Origin: Bacilli bacterium
Lineage (GTDB): Bacteria > Bacillota_I > Bacilli_A > RF39 > UBA660
Assembly: GCA_016302505.1 (NCBI GenBank)
Contig: JAEDNL010000001.1
Span: 7,851-71,850, forward strand
Length of the DNA stretch: 64,000 bases
Direction of reading: 5' to 3'
Below, in pieces: positions 60,720 through 64,000 of this stretch. Position 1 is the stretch's first letter. Every line of letters starts with the position of its first letter. The notes beneath the pieces were generated by a model. It saw only the letters and a list, made by a program, of their open reading frames with translations, did no database searches and was not told the origin of the DNA. The position numbers and the translations under genes are program-made.

Positions 60720-62379
60720 TTGAGTGGTTGTTGAGCTATCTTTAAAAATTAGGGCACTTTTTAAGGCATTTCCTGTTTCTGATATGGGATCATTATTTAT
60801 AATTGCGTATAAATTCCATGTCGTGCTTATAGCCCTTGTATTGGCAACTTCAATGTTATTTCTTTGGTTTTATGACAAATAACGGGATTTTTGCTGATAG
60901 CATTTAGTTCAAATTCAATTTTGTAGTAGGTGCTGATAGTATTGTTAGCGTGCCGTTATATTTGCTTCTTTTGTGATTATTGATATTTCTGTGCTTTCGG
61001 GCGGGGTATTTTCTAGATTTAGTGAATAATTGCCATTTTCATCTGCTAAGACTACTTCAGATTTTTCATTAATGATATTAACAGTGAACTATTTGGATTT
61101 GATACGCCGGTTAATTATGTCATTTGATCGGTTATAGGGTTTATTAATAGAGGAAGTGTGCCAATACTGATTATTTTTTTATTAATTAAATTAAAGTTAG
61201 TCAGTGCTAGAAGCACGGATAATTCATTAGTAGTTAAGCTGGTTTCAGTAATGGTTGTTTTAGAATTTGTAAATCTTCCTTTAATTTCGGATAATTTTGG
61301 AAGTTTGTACCAAGTGTATGCTGGCAATGTTTCTTTGCTGATAGAATTTAGAAAATTTATTTTTGTATCAAATAGGTTTATTCTTGAAAAGTTAAAATTA
61401 AATTTTGTTGTACTATTTGTGTATATTGTGTTAGCGGTGCTATTGGATAAGATAATTTTCTTAGGGTTAGTTAAATTGAATTCTGATCAGTAGTTAAAAA
61501 ATAAATGTTGTAATTTGATGCGGTTATGTTTGGGTATTCGTTAATAATTGTTAAAGATGCATTTTCATTTATTGTTAGAGACCCGTAGCTATACCATACG
61601 GCGTAGGATCTTCGGTAGGTTGTTTGATTAATGGTAAGATTTGCGTTTTCATCTATGATTGTTTTGCCAGTTCCAAATGTGTCGTATGCTAGACCATTTT
61701 TTGTTGTTACATTAAAATTAGTATTTTTGGCAGCTGTAAATTCTAAGTTGGTTGGTCCGTAAAATAGTTCACGATTGGGACTCTTAAATGTGGTGCTTGC
61801 GTTTTCTAGTATTGTAAGTGATGGATTAGAATTTCTAAACCAAAAGGCAGAGTTTCCTTTTGAGTTGTGAGTAATGGTAATGCTGCCGCCGATTTCAAGT
61901 TTGTTACATTTAGCTACTTCGCCATCATTTATTAGGAATGTATTATTAATGGATATATTAGAATTGATAAATCTTGTAAGTCCAGTTGAGTGAAAACTTA
62001 TTTGAGTTCCATTATATGTTATGTTATTATATTCAGTTATAATATCTTTGTATGAAGCAGATTCTGGAATGTATATAATTCCGTAATAATTATTTCCAGT
62101 AATGTCCATATTTTGAACTGTTGCTTTTTGAATAAGTTAGTTAAAAGCTATTATTGTGTCACTTGCATTTAGAGTGGTGTGGTCTTTAAATGTATGTCCA
62201 ATATCGTTATAAGTACCGTCTATAATTAAATTTGTTTTGGTTTGAGGTATTGTAATACTTGATGTCATTTTAATATTCGCATCTAGATAAATTAGATTTA
62301 CAGCGTTATTTGTTTCAATTATGCTTTTTAATTCAGCAAATGTTGATATAGCAACAGTCTCATCATTTAAGATTGTCAT
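60720..62379 (-). pseudogene. Decayed large surface adhesin (pectate-lyase-like beta-helix N-terminal region plus Cna-B-like segment), broken into at least 4 frames
   Basis: The track ORFs 62379-62137, 62109-61471 and 61327-61115 are contiguous on the minus strand. My translation continues across 61471 in another frame (LTNPKKIILSNSTANTIYTNSTTKFNF...). At about 61090-60950 it reads NIINEKSEVVLADENGNYSLNLENTPPEST. There is no signal peptide or LPXTG-type sorting signal. Confidence 0.6.
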
Positions 62380-62482
62380 TATATAATATCCTTTTATAAA
62401 AGTTTATAGGCTTTAAGTGGATTATATATGTAAATTAGGCACTCAATGTGTTATTTTGAATAAAATAAACTAGGTGATAAGT

Positions 62483-62770
62483 ATGGCTTTAAAAGGTGTT
62501 GTTTTAGACAGTGGGCATGGAGGTAGCGATCAAGGCTCTTCAGGTAATGGTATTATAGAGAAAGATTTAACTTTAAAAATTAGTCAATATATGTACGATA
62601 GGTTTAAGGCTTTAGGTGTTCCTGTAAAAATGACTAGGGATAGTGATGTGGATTTACAACCGAATGATAGACCAGGCGTTGTTCTTGATCAATTTGGAAA
62701 TGGGAAAGACGTAGTTGTTATATCTAATCATATAAATGCAGGAGGTGAAAGGTTCACTTACCATTATTAA
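62483..62770 (+). pseudogene. Truncated N-acetylmuramoyl-L-alanine amidase (Amidase_3), N-terminal ~95 aa only
   Basis: VVLDSGHGGSDQGSSGNGIIEKDLTL ... VISNHINAGG, then unrelated residues and a stop. Intact catalytic domains are about 170 aa or longer. Confidence 0.6.
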
Positions 62771-63273
62771 ATTTAATTGGGTATTTAGATGGTTATATTT
62801 GAATAAAATTGTTGGTTGGTATAATTAATCAAATTAATATATTAAAGTGTTTAAAATAGTGTTTATTGGTAAAATAAATGATATTTTTTATTAGCACTTG
62901 TATTTTGATATTGCTAAAAAAATTTTTTTATGGTATATTGTGCTTATAAGGATATATGTCGCTTTTAAGACATAAAAAAATATGCTCGAGCAATGGCATA
63001 TTTCCTTATGATTCGGTAGCTACCAACTACCAAAAGAATTAAAACAAATATCAAGAAATATTTGGAGAATTGAAAAATGAATAAATCAATTCCTATAATT
63101 ATATTAACACAAGTTGTTTTTAAAAGTCAATTGTTTAATTATTTGTAGTGCATATTGATTTACATTCTTCAAGAGAGAGGAGAAGCAATATGCATTTTTA
63201 TTTGATAGAATAACTACTTGTAAGGTAGTTGGAGTTACCTCACGAATTTATATATTTAACAAGGAGGTAATTT

Positions 63274-64000
63274 ATGGATTTAAATATAAAAGTTCTTGCT
63301 CCTAATGAGCAAAAAGATGATAGAGATTTTGGTGATTGCATTATCATAAATGATAATGGTAATGTTACTGTATATGACTGTGGTTCTGATGAATTAGCTG
63401 ATCAAGTTTTAGAGTATGTAAAAGAGAATAATGTAGACAAAATTGATATAGTTTTATCACATAATGACAACGATCATTTTGATGGAATCCCTAAGTTAGT
63501 TGATTCAGGAATTGTCAATTCAATTACAACCTTATTACTTTTGAAATATAAAGATGAAATATTTGATAAAATTCCTGATGGTAGGGTTACTAAAGATTCA
63601 ATGATAGAACACATTAAAGAAATGTATAGTAATATTTATTCATTAAATGGTAATAATTTACTGAATGCATTGGATAATAACAATATTTCTTCTAATGTAA
63701 AAGTTGTTGGCCCATCAACAGATTATTTTATAGAGGCAGTAGCAAAACAATTTACACCTACTGAAAGTGATAATATAAATAATAGTACTATAATGAATGC
63801 TATAAGTGTTCAATTAGAGGTATCATTTAATGATAAAAAACTATTATTAACTGGAGATGCAGATGTTGCAGCATTTAATGACAAAGTATTAGAATATGAT
63901 GCAGTTCAATTACCACATCATGGGAATCCTGATATGGCTGAAAAAATATTTGATATAAACAACAAGAGAAATAGTGTATTGTATATTATTTCAGATAATA
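63274..64000 (+). CDS. Metallo-beta-lactamase-fold protein (ComEC C-terminal-like), partial; continues beyond the window
   Basis: Own translation from ATG 63274 (AAGGAGG at 63261-63267): MDLNIKVLAPNEQKDDRDFGDCIIINDNGNVTVYDCG...IVLSHNDNDHFDG...LLLTGDADV...VQLPHHGNP. It contains an HxDxDH-type motif, TGD and HHG. Confidence 0.65.
   Translation, partial: MDLNIKVLAPNEQKDDRDFGDCIIINDNGNVTVYDCGSDELADQVLEYVKENNVDKIDIVLSHNDNDHFDGIPKLVDSGIVNSITTLLLLKYKDEIFDKIPDGRVTKDSMIEHIKEMYSNIYSLNGNNLLNALDNNNISSNVKVVGPSTDYFIEAVAKQFTPTESDNINNSTIMNAISVQLEVSFNDKKLLLTGDADVAAFNDKVLEYDAVQLPHHGNPDMAEKIFDINNKRNSVLYIISDN

Noticed and set aside
62891-62917. Third CIRCE element (TTAGCACTT-N9-TATTGCTAA)
   Set aside because: The right arm has two mismatches, the -35/-10 spacing is off, and no chaperone gene follows. 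It is probably a decayed copy of the CIRCE promoter cassette. It is mentioned only as part of the 62.8-63.3 kb spacer.
1-64000. Mollicutes-type genetic code (TGA = Trp), suggested by the extreme AT-richness
   Set aside because: Long ORFs are intact under the standard code. Conserved Trp positions are TGG. TGA terminates genes, for example the 638-aa protein at 36118-36120 and other ATGA overlaps.

Overview
This is a very AT-rich, low-GC Bacillota-type chromosome segment. It uses the standard genetic code: TGA acts as a stop (for example the ATGA overlap at 36117) and Trp is TGG. All calls come from reading the ORF track and my own translations, with no database search.

(1) 1-12.7 kb is an accessory, mobilisable island.
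- It carries a MobV-type relaxase that runs off the left edge, a RecA-like (AAA_25) replication ATPase, and a divergent promoter region packed with a repeated 15-bp operator.
- A dual-HTH XRE regulator precedes a tightly overlapping five-gene LlaJI/BsuMI-type restriction-modification operon: two paralogous C5-cytosine methyltransferases, a 251-aa protein, a McrB-like GTPase and a McrC-like nuclease.
- An orphan 314-aa protein follows.
- The top candidate for something new is a structured ~90-nt RNA element followed by a 556-aa protein with two RNxxAH HEPN motifs, one near each terminus. No CRISPR array is present.

(2) 12.7-59.5 kb is mostly core genome.
- Genes I recognise: alr plus an ATP-grasp ligase, addB-addA plus an extra UvrD-like helicase, lemA, a VanY-like operon, ybaK-htpG and hsp20 (both behind CIRCE operators), an ABC-2 exporter, tRNA-Glu(CUC), cadC-cadA, gltX, rplM-rpsI, tilS-ftsH, a Ca-type P-ATPase, soj-spo0J-mscS-DUF951 and abgT.
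- Embedded at 32.5-36.4 kb is an uncharacterised three-gene operon: a large helical protein ending in a RelE/Gp49-like domain, plus two helical-repeat (mTERF-like) proteins.

(3) 59.5-64 kb holds sortase B next to heavily decayed surface-adhesin genes, a truncated amidase, a structure-rich 500-nt spacer, and a partial MBL-fold gene that runs off the right edge.
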